From positions 58,001 through 122,000 of the forward strand of contig DATHMV010000033.1 in NCBI GenBank assembly GCA_035486715.1: a stretch of 64,000 bases of DNA. Direction: 5' to 3'. The DNA comes from Candidatus Aquilonibacter sp. Lineage in GTDB: Bacteria; Acidobacteriota; Terriglobia; Terriglobales; Acidobacteriaceae. The notes under the pieces were generated by a model. It had not been told where the DNA came from. It did no database searches and worked only from the letters and a program-made list of their open reading frames with translations. Positions 17,519 through 25,959 of this stretch are shown in pieces. Every line of letters starts with the position of its first letter. Position 1 is the first letter of the stretch. The translations under genes and the position numbers were made by a program.

Positions 17519-19003
17519 CTACTTTCTACGCCAGCGTACGCCGTCTTTCGTATTCTCAACCAAAACCCCAGCGGCGGTGAGTTCTGCGCGCAGTGCGTCG
17601 GAAACTTTGAAGTTGCGGCCGCGCCGCGCGACTTCCATCTCGGATATTTTCCTTTCGATGTCCGCGTCGGAGAGTTGCCCGGATTGCACCGCTTCGCGCA
17701 ATTCCGCACTGATATCCTTTTCTCGTCCTTCGGTCCGCGCCCACTCGAAAACCTGTTTCATCTTCGGCCCATCATCATCTTCCACCACAGCGAACACTTC
17801 ATCGAACTTCTTCAGCGCTGTGAGTAACGGCTGCGTATCGTCTTGCTTGAGCTGACCTGCATCCAGCGCCGAATTGACCTTTCTCACCATTTCGAAAATC
17901 GCAGCTTGTGCCTGTGCGGCGTTGAGGTCATCCTCCAGCGCCGCTTTCATGCGGTCTACTGTTTCGGCGGCTAGTGTTCGCATCTCTATGTTGGAGCCAG
18001 TATCAAAAATTCCTGTAGTCAATCGCTGGCGGAAATTGCGTAAACGATCCACCGAAATGGCCGCTTGTTTCAGTCCATCGAAGGTAAAGTTCAGCTGGTT
18101 GCGATAAGGCACCGATGAAAGCAAATATCGGATCGAAGACGGCTTGTGCCCTTTCAATACGAGGTCGCGAAGCGTATAGAAGTTCCCTAAACTCTTCGAC
18201 ATCTTCTCGCCCTCGACGAGCAGGAAGCGTACGTGAAACCAGAAGCGGGCAAAAGTCTTACCGGTAAGCGACTCCGATTGCGCAATCTCATTTTCATGGT
18301 GCGGGAAAACAAGGTCTTCCCCTCCAGCATGCAAATCGAAACTCTCGCCTAATTCGTCCATCGACATGACCGAGCACTCCAGGTGCCAGCCGGGACGTCC
18401 CGGGCCAATCGAAGTTTCCCAAAAAGCCTCTCCAGGTTTCGGAGCCTTCCACAGCGCAAAATCTCTTGCGCTGTCTTTGTCGTACTCATCTACATCCACG
18501 CGGGTGCCGTCGCGCATCCCTCCGAAATCCTTCTTCGAAAGCTTGCCATACTGCGGAAAGTTGGCGATGCGAAAATAATAGGAACCATCTTCCGTTCGGT
18601 ACGCGATGCCTTTTTCCACCAGCCGCGCAACAAACTCTGCCATCCGCGCAATGTGCTCCGTCGCGCGCACCAGTTTCGGCTGCTCAATGCTAATCATGGC
18701 GGAGTCTTCGAGAAACGCCTTCTCATACTTCGCCGTGTACTGCTGCACGCTGACGCCATCGCGCGCCGCGTTGCGGATGATCTTGTCGTCCACGTCAGTA
18801 ATATTCATCACATAACGCACGGAGTAGCCTGACTGGCGCAGCAAGCGCTGCAGCAGGTCGACCGCAACGAAGCTGCGAAAGTTGCCGATGTGGCCGTAGT
18901 CGTAAACGGTGGGACCGCAGGCGTACATGCGGACTTCATTGCCGCCCATGGGCTTGAACTCTTCAATCTGCGACGACATTGTGTTGTAAAGGCGAAGGGC
19001 CAT
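17519..19003 (-). CDS. cysS: cysteine--tRNA ligase
   Basis: CGPTVYDYGHIGN (HIGH) and KMSKSLGN (KMSKS). MALRLYNT at 19003 is the likely start. Confidence 0.95.
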   Translation of the reverse strand: MALRLYNTMSSQIEEFKPMGGNEVRMYACGPTVYDYGHIGNFRSFVAVDLLQRLLRQSGYSVRYVMNITDVDDKIIRNAARDGVSVQQYTAKYEKAFLEDSAMISIEQPKLVRATEHIARMAEFVARLVEKGIAYRTEDGSYYFRIANFPQYGKLSKKDFGGMRDGTRVDVDEYDKDSARDFALWKAPKPGEAFWETSIGPGRPGWHLECSVMSMDELGESFDLHAGGEDLVFPHHENEIAQSESLTGKTFARFWFHVRFLLVEGEKMSKSLGNFYTLRDLVLKGHKPSSIRYLLSSVPYRNQLNFTFDGLKQAAISVDRLRNFRQRLTTGIFDTGSNIEMRTLAAETVDRMKAALEDDLNAAQAQAAIFEMVRKVNSALDAGQLKQDDTQPLLTALKKFDEVFAVVEDDDGPKMKQVFEWARTEGREKDISAELREAVQSGQLSDADIERKISEMEVARRGRNFKVSDALRAELTAAGVLVENTKDGVRWRRK

Positions 19004-19061
19004 AGTGGAATTCGAGCTTGCGACACGAACTCCCAATTCTAGGGGGACGCGAGAAAGGGGG

Positions 19062-19661
19062 TCAACTGGCCTTCACATCAGCGGAAGAATGCGCGGGCAG
19101 CGCATGGAGATTAGCCCTAAGCCGGTGCTGCACCAAGAAAACATAATGCAGTGCCGAAACAATCGTAAAGGCAAAAGTCGCGCGCAAAAATACGGTTCGC
19201 GTAATCCATATCCAGCGCACCGGACGCACCGCAAACAGAATGGCAAAGAACACAGCGGCAATCTGCGAAAAAGTGTTCGCTTTCCCAAAAATGCTGGGGC
19301 GAAAGTTGCGCAGCCCGGCAATGGCGAACAGCACGGCGCTGGCGGCGAGAATCGAAATATCGCGGCTGAAAACCAGCACAGTAAATTTCCACGGGATTTT
19401 TCGCAAAATTGAGAGCACCAGAAACATGGTGCTCAACAAAAGTTTGTCTGCAATGGGATCGAGATACTGTCCGAGCAGCGTCTGCTGATGCAGCTTGCGG
19501 GCCAGCAATCCGTCCAACCCATCGCTGAATCCCGCAATTACGAAGAGGAGCAAGGCATAGAAGTAGCGGCCCTCCACCAGTTCGATCACGATGAAAGGAA
19601 CAAAAACCATGCGCAGCATCGTGAGCTGGTTCGGCGCAGTCAGGATTTGCGAAAGCTTCAT
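19062..19661 (-). CDS. pgsA: CDP-diacylglycerol--glycerol-3-phosphate 3-phosphatidyltransferase
   Basis: DGLDGLLARKLHQQTLLGQYLDPIADKLL CDP-alcohol motif. PgsA-like size and TM layout. Confidence 0.85.
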   Translation of the reverse strand: MKLSQILTAPNQLTMLRMVFVPFIVIELVEGRYFYALLLFVIAGFSDGLDGLLARKLHQQTLLGQYLDPIADKLLLSTMFLVLSILRKIPWKFTVLVFSRDISILAASAVLFAIAGLRNFRPSIFGKANTFSQIAAVFFAILFAVRPVRWIWITRTVFLRATFAFTIVSALHYVFLVQHRLRANLHALPAHSSADVKAS

Positions 19662-20071
19662 GCCCGTTCCTTCTTCGAACGCGCGGGAGCAGCATGATTG
19701 CTTGCGCCAATTGCTGGTAGGCTCAATGTTGCCGCTGGGTCGCGTCCCGTTTTGGCCGAAAACCGCTGCGAAAGCGAGGGCAGCCCGCCATCTGGCAGGT
19801 CAAGCTCAATGCGCTCAATCCTGTGCATCGGGAAGAAAACCACCGCCGGGGTGAACGATTCGCCATCTTTCACCATCACAACCAGGTCCTCAAACGACGC
19901 CAGCTCGATTCCGCTAATGCTGAGTCCTTCCGCCGCCAACGACAAAATCATCCCCCAAAATTTATCCCGAGGATTACCCAGAGTTACCACTACCATTGAT
20001 CCCGGTAGGAGAGGATTGCGAGCCTCCGATCCACCGGACCCATTGTTGTTGTTCCTCTGAGATTTGGGCAT
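19658..20071 (-). CDS. hypothetical protein, translationally coupled to pgsA
   Basis: 137-aa ORF. Its TGA overlaps the pgsA ATG (ATGA at 19658-19661). No family recognised. Confidence 0.6.
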   Translation of the reverse strand: MPKSQRNNNNGSGGSEARNPLLPGSMVVVTLGNPRDKFWGMILSLAAEGLSISGIELASFEDLVVMVKDGESFTPAVVFFPMHRIERIELDLPDGGLPSLSQRFSAKTGRDPAATLSLPAIGASNHAAPARSKKERA

Positions 20072-20141
20072 GGAATGATTGTCGCTGTCCCTGCCTCAAA
20101 TTGGCAAATGCATTCACCCGCGCAGACCTATGCCAACGTGA

Positions 20142-21104
20142 TCATACCGTGGAAGCAGCTCCCCCAGCCGCGTCAGAATTTGCCGCAAGAGCGTGCCCGA
20201 ATCCACGCTGTCTGATCCAATTCCACGCCCGCGTCATATCCACCGGATCGACAAACAGAATGTATGCCGATAAAACTTCCCACTGAAATAGCTGAATGTT
20301 GAGCGAATATTCCAGCCAGAGATGAAATATCAAACCAATCGCAAGCAGCGCATAGCGAAGGTCTTTCACCCAAATCAAAACGCCCATCGAGAACTCAAAG
20401 ACAAGGGCAAACCACGTGCCCAGCTTGAGTAACAAGGGATGAAAGAACCACCCGGGTACCGGAAATCGCATTAGTTCATCGAGGTGATACACATAGAACA
20501 GCGCCGTCCCGTGCAGCCATGTCGCTCCCTTTACCTTCCAGCAAAATGCGGAAAAGTAAAGTAGCGCCATTTGAATCTGAATCATACGTTGCGCCCAAGG
20601 ACTCCGCGGTTGGACAAGCGCACCTTCCTTCCCTCGCCAAATTCGAATCAGCCGGTCGAGAGAAAACGCAGCTCCCGCCGGTGCGAAGATCAAAAAGAAT
20701 CCGGCCACGCGCAAAAAAGTATCTCCACCGTGCGTGATGTACAAGTTTCTTTGCTGAATGGAGGTCAGGCACACAAACACGATCAAACCATTCAGGCGAG
20801 TCAGAAATCCGGCAGTGAGAAGAATCGCCGAGCCCAGAAATATCCAGAAGAATGAGTTGATCCACGCATCCGTCTGCGGAAGGATGGTGAAGAGATCGAT
20901 TCTTCTGCCCGTCTCCAGCGTCTGCACGGTTTGCAAACTCACCCACGCATGGTCTCCATACCAGGCCAGCCAGTCGGGACGCAGCAGCAGGAGATTTACG
21001 ATCACCAACACGCCGTAAGCAATGCGAAACAGCGCTATCGGCGTTGGAGACTGCTCCGCAAAAAAGAAGGCATTCCACGCCTCCCGTAACGATCGCACCG
21101 TCAT
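20142..21104 (-). CDS. HTTM-domain (vitamin K-dependent gamma-carboxylase-like / SdpB-like) polytopic membrane protein
   Basis: N-terminal WNAFFFAEQSPTPIALFRIAYGVLVIVNLLLL is typical of the HTTM domain. About 8 hydrophobic segments. Confidence 0.8.
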   Translation of the reverse strand: MTVRSLREAWNAFFFAEQSPTPIALFRIAYGVLVIVNLLLLRPDWLAWYGDHAWVSLQTVQTLETGRRIDLFTILPQTDAWINSFFWIFLGSAILLTAGFLTRLNGLIVFVCLTSIQQRNLYITHGGDTFLRVAGFFLIFAPAGAAFSLDRLIRIWRGKEGALVQPRSPWAQRMIQIQMALLYFSAFCWKVKGATWLHGTALFYVYHLDELMRFPVPGWFFHPLLLKLGTWFALVFEFSMGVLIWVKDLRYALLAIGLIFHLWLEYSLNIQLFQWEVLSAYILFVDPVDMTRAWNWIRQRGFGHALAANSDAAGGAASTV

Positions 21105-21117
21105 TGCAAATCCTTCT

Positions 21118-21711
21118 TCATTGCAAATCTCCGGGTCTCACGCCGTAGCCGAAGAGAACATGCTGCTCCCACGGCTCCGGACGATACGATCCATCCGCCC
21201 GCGGAACGATCAGCGACCATTTTTGGATCAGGACGACAGCTTTTACCGGCTCCAAAGGTGTGCTGTTTAAGCGCGCGATGCGGCGTGCAACGTCGGGCCA
21301 AAGAGCGTCGCTCCCATCGTTTTGCAGAATCTCAGCGAATTTGCGGTAGCGCTCTTCGATGTAGCGCTCGCCGGGGCTCAACTGCTCCATGCGCGGGAAC
21401 GCCCAGGTTTTTTGCGATCCATCTTTATAAATAAGCGTAGCTTCCACGTAGCTATTAAGCCCCCAGGGCGTTGGAGCGAACGTATCCCACGACTGGAACA
21501 GCCCCGACCACAAAAAGTAAGGACGGATCAACTCTTTGCACGAAGAAAGCAGAGGCAGATCCAACGGCACGCACCAGCATGCGATCGCCACAATGTGAAA
21601 GCCAATAAATAAATTGATCAGAACCCGCTTTCCCCGTTTCAGGTACGAGACTGGCTCCCTTTCAATTTTCGCGTCGCGGTTCTGTGCCAATCTTCGCTTT
21701 AGCCGTGCCAT
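21118..21711 (-). CDS. SdpA/DUF5819-like membrane-anchored partner of HTTM proteins
   Basis: Single N-terminal TM (VLINLFIGFHIVAIACWCV), then LFQSWDTFAPTPWGLNSY resembling the Q-x-W-x-FAP-x-P motif of HTTM-adjacent proteins. MARLK at 21711 is the likely start. It lies 13 nt upstream of the HTTM gene. Confidence 0.55.
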   Translation of the reverse strand: MARLKRRLAQNRDAKIEREPVSYLKRGKRVLINLFIGFHIVAIACWCVPLDLPLLSSCKELIRPYFLWSGLFQSWDTFAPTPWGLNSYVEATLIYKDGSQKTWAFPRMEQLSPGERYIEERYRKFAEILQNDGSDALWPDVARRIARLNSTPLEPVKAVVLIQKWSLIVPRADGSYRPEPWEQHVLFGYGVRPGDLQ

Positions 21712-21861
21712 TTGATTACCAGCACAATTAAAACAGAGATCGATGGCAGAGTGCTGCTCTCTTGCGCGAGAAAAGAAGGATTGCAGACCGGAACCGCGTG
21801 GTAAAATCCCTCTTGGTTCCATGCCCACTGGCATCCGCACTGCGGAAGCCTCAAAGATTGT

Positions 21862-21938
21862 AGGCGCGTAGCTCAGTTGGTTAGAGCGCTACCTTGACAC
21901 GGTAGAGGTCAGGAGTTCGAGTCTCCTCGTGCCTACCA
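21862..21938 (+). tRNA. tRNA-Val (anticodon GAC), CCA encoded
   Basis: Cloverleaf read by hand: acceptor AGGCGCG/CGTGCCT, D-arm GCTC..GAGC, anticodon stem CTACC/GGTAG with loop TTGACAC, T-arm AGGAG-TTCGAGT-CTCCT, discriminator A, then CCA. Confidence 0.9.
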
Positions 21939-22110
21939 TATTTTCAACCAGTTAAAAACCCATCCAATCTGGTTCGTGGTAAAAACCCTGCAATTGTCCA
22001 CCTGACATGGCGATCAATTTCATAGCATCTGATTGTTTGCTTATCCCGGAAGAGATGGTGGTTGTCCCCTTCGTTGTCCACGTACACCACAACAATGCTA
22101 TCTAGGTTTC

Positions 22111-22710
22111 ATGAGAAGTAGTGTGCGGGAGGCAATCCGCATGGATTGTTCTTCAAAGCAAGCATCAACGGATACCGGGCTGGCGGCAGAAAAGATTGCG
22201 AGAGTGCCGCAGGACAATGGGAAGCGTCCCGTGGAGGATGTACTGCATGAGGCCGAAAAGCAGTTGCGCCAGTTAATGAAAGAGCGAACGGAAGTGACCA
22301 AGCGCATCGCGACGGTCAAGAACACGGTTGCCGGCCTGGTGAGTTTGTTTGGCGGCTCGATTTTGAATGACGAAGTTTCTCGCATGATCGATCGCAGACT
22401 TGGTCCGCGGCAACCCGGACTTACGCGAATTTGTCGTAAAGTGCTTTCGAATGCGAAACGTCCGATGAGTGCGCGCGACGTGTGCGATGAGATACAACGA
22501 AGTGTTCCAATATTGCTGGCTCATCACAAAGACCCCCGAGCTACCGTTAATACAATTCTGAGCAGGCTTGCAGGATATGGCGAAGCGGCATTGTTAGTGA
22601 ATGAGCCGGGCCAGCATGAATGGGTGTGGATCGCCGGGCGCGAAGATGAACCAATCCAATCGCCGGATGAGTTTGAGGGGGAAGCCTCTGATATGCATCC
22701 TAACGAATGA
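22111..22710 (+). CDS. coiled-coil plus C-terminal winged-helix (HARE-HTH-like) protein, paralogue of 24309-24965
   Basis: EVTKRIATVKNTVAGLVSLFG / GLTRICRKVLSNAKRPMSARDVCDEIQ / PRATVNTILSRLAGYGEA align with the second copy. Start uncertain (ATG 22111 or 22141); the listed start 22033 gives an implausible Cys/Arg/Pro-rich leader. Confidence 0.6.
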   Translation: MRSSVREAIRMDCSSKQASTDTGLAAEKIARVPQDNGKRPVEDVLHEAEKQLRQLMKERTEVTKRIATVKNTVAGLVSLFGGSILNDEVSRMIDRRLGPRQPGLTRICRKVLSNAKRPMSARDVCDEIQRSVPILLAHHKDPRATVNTILSRLAGYGEAALLVNEPGQHEWVWIAGREDEPIQSPDEFEGEASDMHPNE

Positions 22711-22743
22711 GCTGCCACGATTGCTGAAACAACGAATCGGCTT

Positions 22744-24078
22744 CTATTTCGTCGCCACGTTCGGTCGAAGCGGAATACTTATGCGAGCGACCGTTCCGCC
22801 TTCCGCTGGCGTTGACAACTCCACGCTCTGGTCTTGGCCATAAATTGTTTCGAGACGCTCCCGAGTAATTCTTAAGCCCACGCCATTCTGCCTGGAAGGG
22901 CTAGAATCGCGGAACCCTGGACCGTTATCCCTGACTTCAAAGTAAAGGTCGTCATTATCTTTTGTGACAGAGATGCGAATCTCACCGCCTTCTGCCAAAC
23001 GCGAAATACCGTGCTTGATGGCGTTATCCACCAGCGGTTGCAATAAAAGATGAGGAACATTGGCATCGAGGGTTTCAGGATCTACGTCTACGTAGACTTT
23101 GAGTTTTTCTTCGAAGCGCACTTTTTCGATTTCGATATAGCAATTTACAAATTCGAGCTCGCGGCCGAGTGTGGTCATTTGCGTGCCCGCGGTTTCCAGG
23201 CTGATTCTGAGCAGGTCGCCGAGACGTGTGATCATACGATCGGCCGCCTTTACATCGGTCAACATGAGAGCGGATATCGAATTGAGAGTGTTGAACAGAA
23301 AATGTGGTTGTAGTTGGCTCTTCAGCGCCTGCAGCCGCGCTTTTTCCAGTTGCGCCTGCAATTGTGACGCGCGTAATTCGCGGTCGCGGAGGCTCCGATA
23401 ATAAGACACTACATATGCCATCAGCACAATTGGCAGGTAAATCGTAATCAAATCGTCCACGATATTGCTGAAAAAAAGAGCTTGGTACATCTGCCACTGG
23501 ATTTGAAAGGCGTGGGTTTGAGGATTCCGCACGGCAGAAACCCAGTCCTGAACTCCGCGATCCCAAAACGCGAATGGAGTAAATCCTCGGATAGCCACAT
23601 GGATCAAACTGAAAACCAAACCGCCCGCCAGCAATATGAGCAAACGCGGCCGCCAATTGCTTCGCTGCAGGGGATAACGGTTCGCCAGCGCAAAAGCAAA
23701 AGGAGTCAGAGGAGCGTACGGCAATACCTGGCTGCATTGCAGTTCAAAAAGGCTCAGAAATGTTGCGCCACCACCCCTCGAGCGATAGAACTGTTCAACA
23801 GTTAAAGCATAGGCCAGAGTGACGAAACTCCACGCGCCGAAACTCAGCGGCCAAATAAGCCAGGAAGAAAAAGGTTTAGAGCTATCACGATTCGCCGTTT
23901 CGCCACCCTCTGGCGCTATACCGCGCCGGGCACGACGAACGAGTTCGCCTCCACAATGCGAGCAAAGGCTTTGCATATTGGAGGTGCATACAGGACAAAA
24001 CGTGCACTCATGCGAGCATACGTATGCGACGCTGTCACTGGGCAACGCGAGCCCGCAACCTTCGCAGCTAGTTTTCAT
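22744..24078 (-). CDS. LytS/YehU-type sensor histidine kinase with N-terminal DUF1272-like zinc ribbon
   Basis: LQPHFLFNTLNSISAL (His_kinase/LytS H-box). HATPase_c (LLLQPLVDNAIKHG, VRDNGPGF, GVGLRITRERL). Multi-TM centre. The first ~50 aa are a Cys-rich ribbon. Confidence 0.9.
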   Translation of the reverse strand: MKTSCEGCGLALPSDSVAYVCSHECTFCPVCTSNMQSLCSHCGGELVRRARRGIAPEGGETANRDSSKPFSSWLIWPLSFGAWSFVTLAYALTVEQFYRSRGGGATFLSLFELQCSQVLPYAPLTPFAFALANRYPLQRSNWRPRLLILLAGGLVFSLIHVAIRGFTPFAFWDRGVQDWVSAVRNPQTHAFQIQWQMYQALFFSNIVDDLITIYLPIVLMAYVVSYYRSLRDRELRASQLQAQLEKARLQALKSQLQPHFLFNTLNSISALMLTDVKAADRMITRLGDLLRISLETAGTQMTTLGRELEFVNCYIEIEKVRFEEKLKVYVDVDPETLDANVPHLLLQPLVDNAIKHGISRLAEGGEIRISVTKDNDDLYFEVRDNGPGFRDSSPSRQNGVGLRITRERLETIYGQDQSVELSTPAEGGTVARISIPLRPNVATK

Positions 24079-24199
24079 ACGAGCGAAGTTTCTGAGCGCA
24101 TTATTTTCGACCGCTCAATCAACTGCTTGGTCTTTCGATTCCCCGGCTTTCCATCATGGACCATTGCGGAAACGCAGGCAATGCTGGAGAACGTAGAAA

Positions 24200-24226
24200 G
24201 GAGAAATGCGTCCCGGAGAAATGCGT
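24200..24226 (-). promoter_or_regulatory. perfect 12-bp direct repeat upstream of the kinase gene (candidate regulator binding site)
   Basis: Plus strand GGAGAAATGCGT-ccc-GGAGAAATGCGT (24200-24211 and 24215-24226). In gene orientation this is ACGCATTTCTCC twice, 122-148 nt upstream of the kinase ATG. Confidence 0.4.
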
Positions 24227-24308
24227 GATCGTACCAGATTACTTATAATCCATCCCTCATTCGAGGGTATACAAACGATATGTCATGCGGGCGGTAGTGG
24301 AATTCAGT

Positions 24309-24965
24309 TCAGCGGTAATTTTCTGGTGCCATGCGGCGCCACTTCGATTGAGATCCATCGCCTTGACAACAGACCTCTCCAGCGCGCGCCATCGTGTTCA
24401 GAGTTCGAATGAGTGAAGCGCTGGCAAAGCTGGAATTGATAAATGAAAATGATCCCCTCCGTGTAATTCGTAATTGAATTTCTTCCAGCGATGCAATGCC
24501 TCCGGCTTCAAGAAGCGCAATGCGGCAGGCGCGGCTCAGAGCATCCTTTCGCGGGGTAGGTCGAAACCTGTGTCTTGCCATTTGTCTTGCACTGTTTACC
24601 TGCTGCTTAAATTGTAGGTCTCTGTGCACCTTCGATGAGACAACGGCAGAACGTTCTGTTTCGTTTCTGTCCGGCACATCACTGCCCGCCAAAAAACGCA
24701 AGCCCCGAATCAACTTATGGAGACTGCGAATTCGCTGATTGATCTCATTCTGTCGGCTTAGCAAGTTAAACATCTCCTCATTTACCTGCACCAGGGTGTT
24801 TGAGAGGGCAATTCCGTTCCCCGGAAATGAAATTGTATTTTCGACCCGCATAATCTTTGTTGGATTATTGACGCGCAAAGATTGCCTTGGGTATGAAGCT
24901 GGGACGTATACAGGGAATTCAGGGACACAAATTCCGAAATCATTGCTGGCTGCATCGATGTGCAA
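24309..24965 (-). CDS. coiled-coil plus C-terminal winged-helix (HARE-HTH-like) protein, paralogue of 22111-22710
   Basis: EINQRIRSLHKLIRGLRFLAG / ALSRACRIALLEAGGIASLEEIQLRI / ASASLIRTLNTMARAGEV. Start uncertain (24965 or 24851). Confidence 0.6.
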   Translation of the reverse strand: MHIDAASNDFGICVPEFPVYVPASYPRQSLRVNNPTKIMRVENTISFPGNGIALSNTLVQVNEEMFNLLSRQNEINQRIRSLHKLIRGLRFLAGSDVPDRNETERSAVVSSKVHRDLQFKQQVNSARQMARHRFRPTPRKDALSRACRIALLEAGGIASLEEIQLRITRRGSFSFINSSFASASLIRTLNTMARAGEVCCQGDGSQSKWRRMAPENYR

Positions 24966-25122
24966 CTTTGTGTCGATTGAATATCAGGAAACATTGAGAT
25001 GTTTTGTTAATCTTTAGGCTAATCGTGAACTGGACGAAGTGAGATGTCGTGGATTCGCGAAGAATCAGTAAACGATTTACCGGCAGACGCGTCTAAAGGG
25101 CAGCATCACGGGTGCCAACTCG

Positions 25123-25959
25123 ATGATCCCCGACCCTGTCGCGTTGCCGCAAGAGCCAGTTGAAGCATTGATACGCACCATCATTGCAGACGATGAACGC
25201 CTTGCACGGCAGAAGTTAATGTTTCTGCTGGATTCTGAGCCTCATGTGAAAGTGACGGCGGAATGCGAAAACGGACAGCAAACCGTTTCTGCGATTCGTG
25301 CTCTTCGGCCGGATGTGCTCTTGCTCGATATTCAGATGCCGGACCTCAACGGCTTTCAGGTGCTGGCGGAAATTACGCCTGACGAAATGCCTGTTGTTAT
25401 TTTTACCTCCGCTTACGATCAGTATGCGATTCGCGCCTTTGAAGCGAATGCGCTCGATTATTTATTGAAGCCGTTCGATCAGGAACGGCTTCATCGCGCG
25501 GTGGAAAAAGCACGGTCCGAATTGCGCAAGTCGCGCGACCGGGAGATCACGCACCGAATTATAAATTTGCTCTCGGAGATGAAGCCGGGAAAACGGCCCG
25601 AATCGAATGCTGAACAGGCGAACCTGGAAAAACGGCTTGCAATCAAGGCGAATGGCCGCGTGGTGTTTGTCGATCTCGACAATGTCGACTGGATCGAAGC
25701 GGCGGCCAACTACGTGCGCCTGAACATTGGGAAGGAATCGTATCTTTTTCGCGAGACGATCACTCGCGTTTCCGAGCGCCTGGATACCAACCATTTCGTG
25801 CGCATCCATCGCTCCACCATCGTAAATATCCACAAGATTAAGGAATTGATTCCCGTCAACAGCGGCGAATACGTGGTCGTGTTGAAGAGCGGAAGGGAAT
25901 TATCATGCAGCCGCGGCCATCGAGCGGCTTTGCAAGAGATTGTGATGAAAATTTCTTAA
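25123..25959 (+). CDS. LytTR-family response regulator (REC + LytTR DNA-binding domain)
   Basis: IIADDE...VLLLDIQMPDLNG...DYLLKPF receiver. VDWIEAAANYVRLN...FVRIHRSTIVNI LytTR domain. Confidence 0.92.
   Translation: MIPDPVALPQEPVEALIRTIIADDERLARQKLMFLLDSEPHVKVTAECENGQQTVSAIRALRPDVLLLDIQMPDLNGFQVLAEITPDEMPVVIFTSAYDQYAIRAFEANALDYLLKPFDQERLHRAVEKARSELRKSRDREITHRIINLLSEMKPGKRPESNAEQANLEKRLAIKANGRVVFVDLDNVDWIEAAANYVRLNIGKESYLFRETITRVSERLDTNHFVRIHRSTIVNIHKIKELIPVNSGEYVVVLKSGRELSCSRGHRAALQEIVMKIS

Noticed and set aside
21939-22110. Possible integrase gene or att site downstream of tRNA-Val.
   Set aside because: There is no integrase, recombinase or transposase ORF anywhere in the window. I found no duplicate of the tRNA 3' end at the far side of the block (34211-34440). 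The island idea is kept only as a low-confidence inference.
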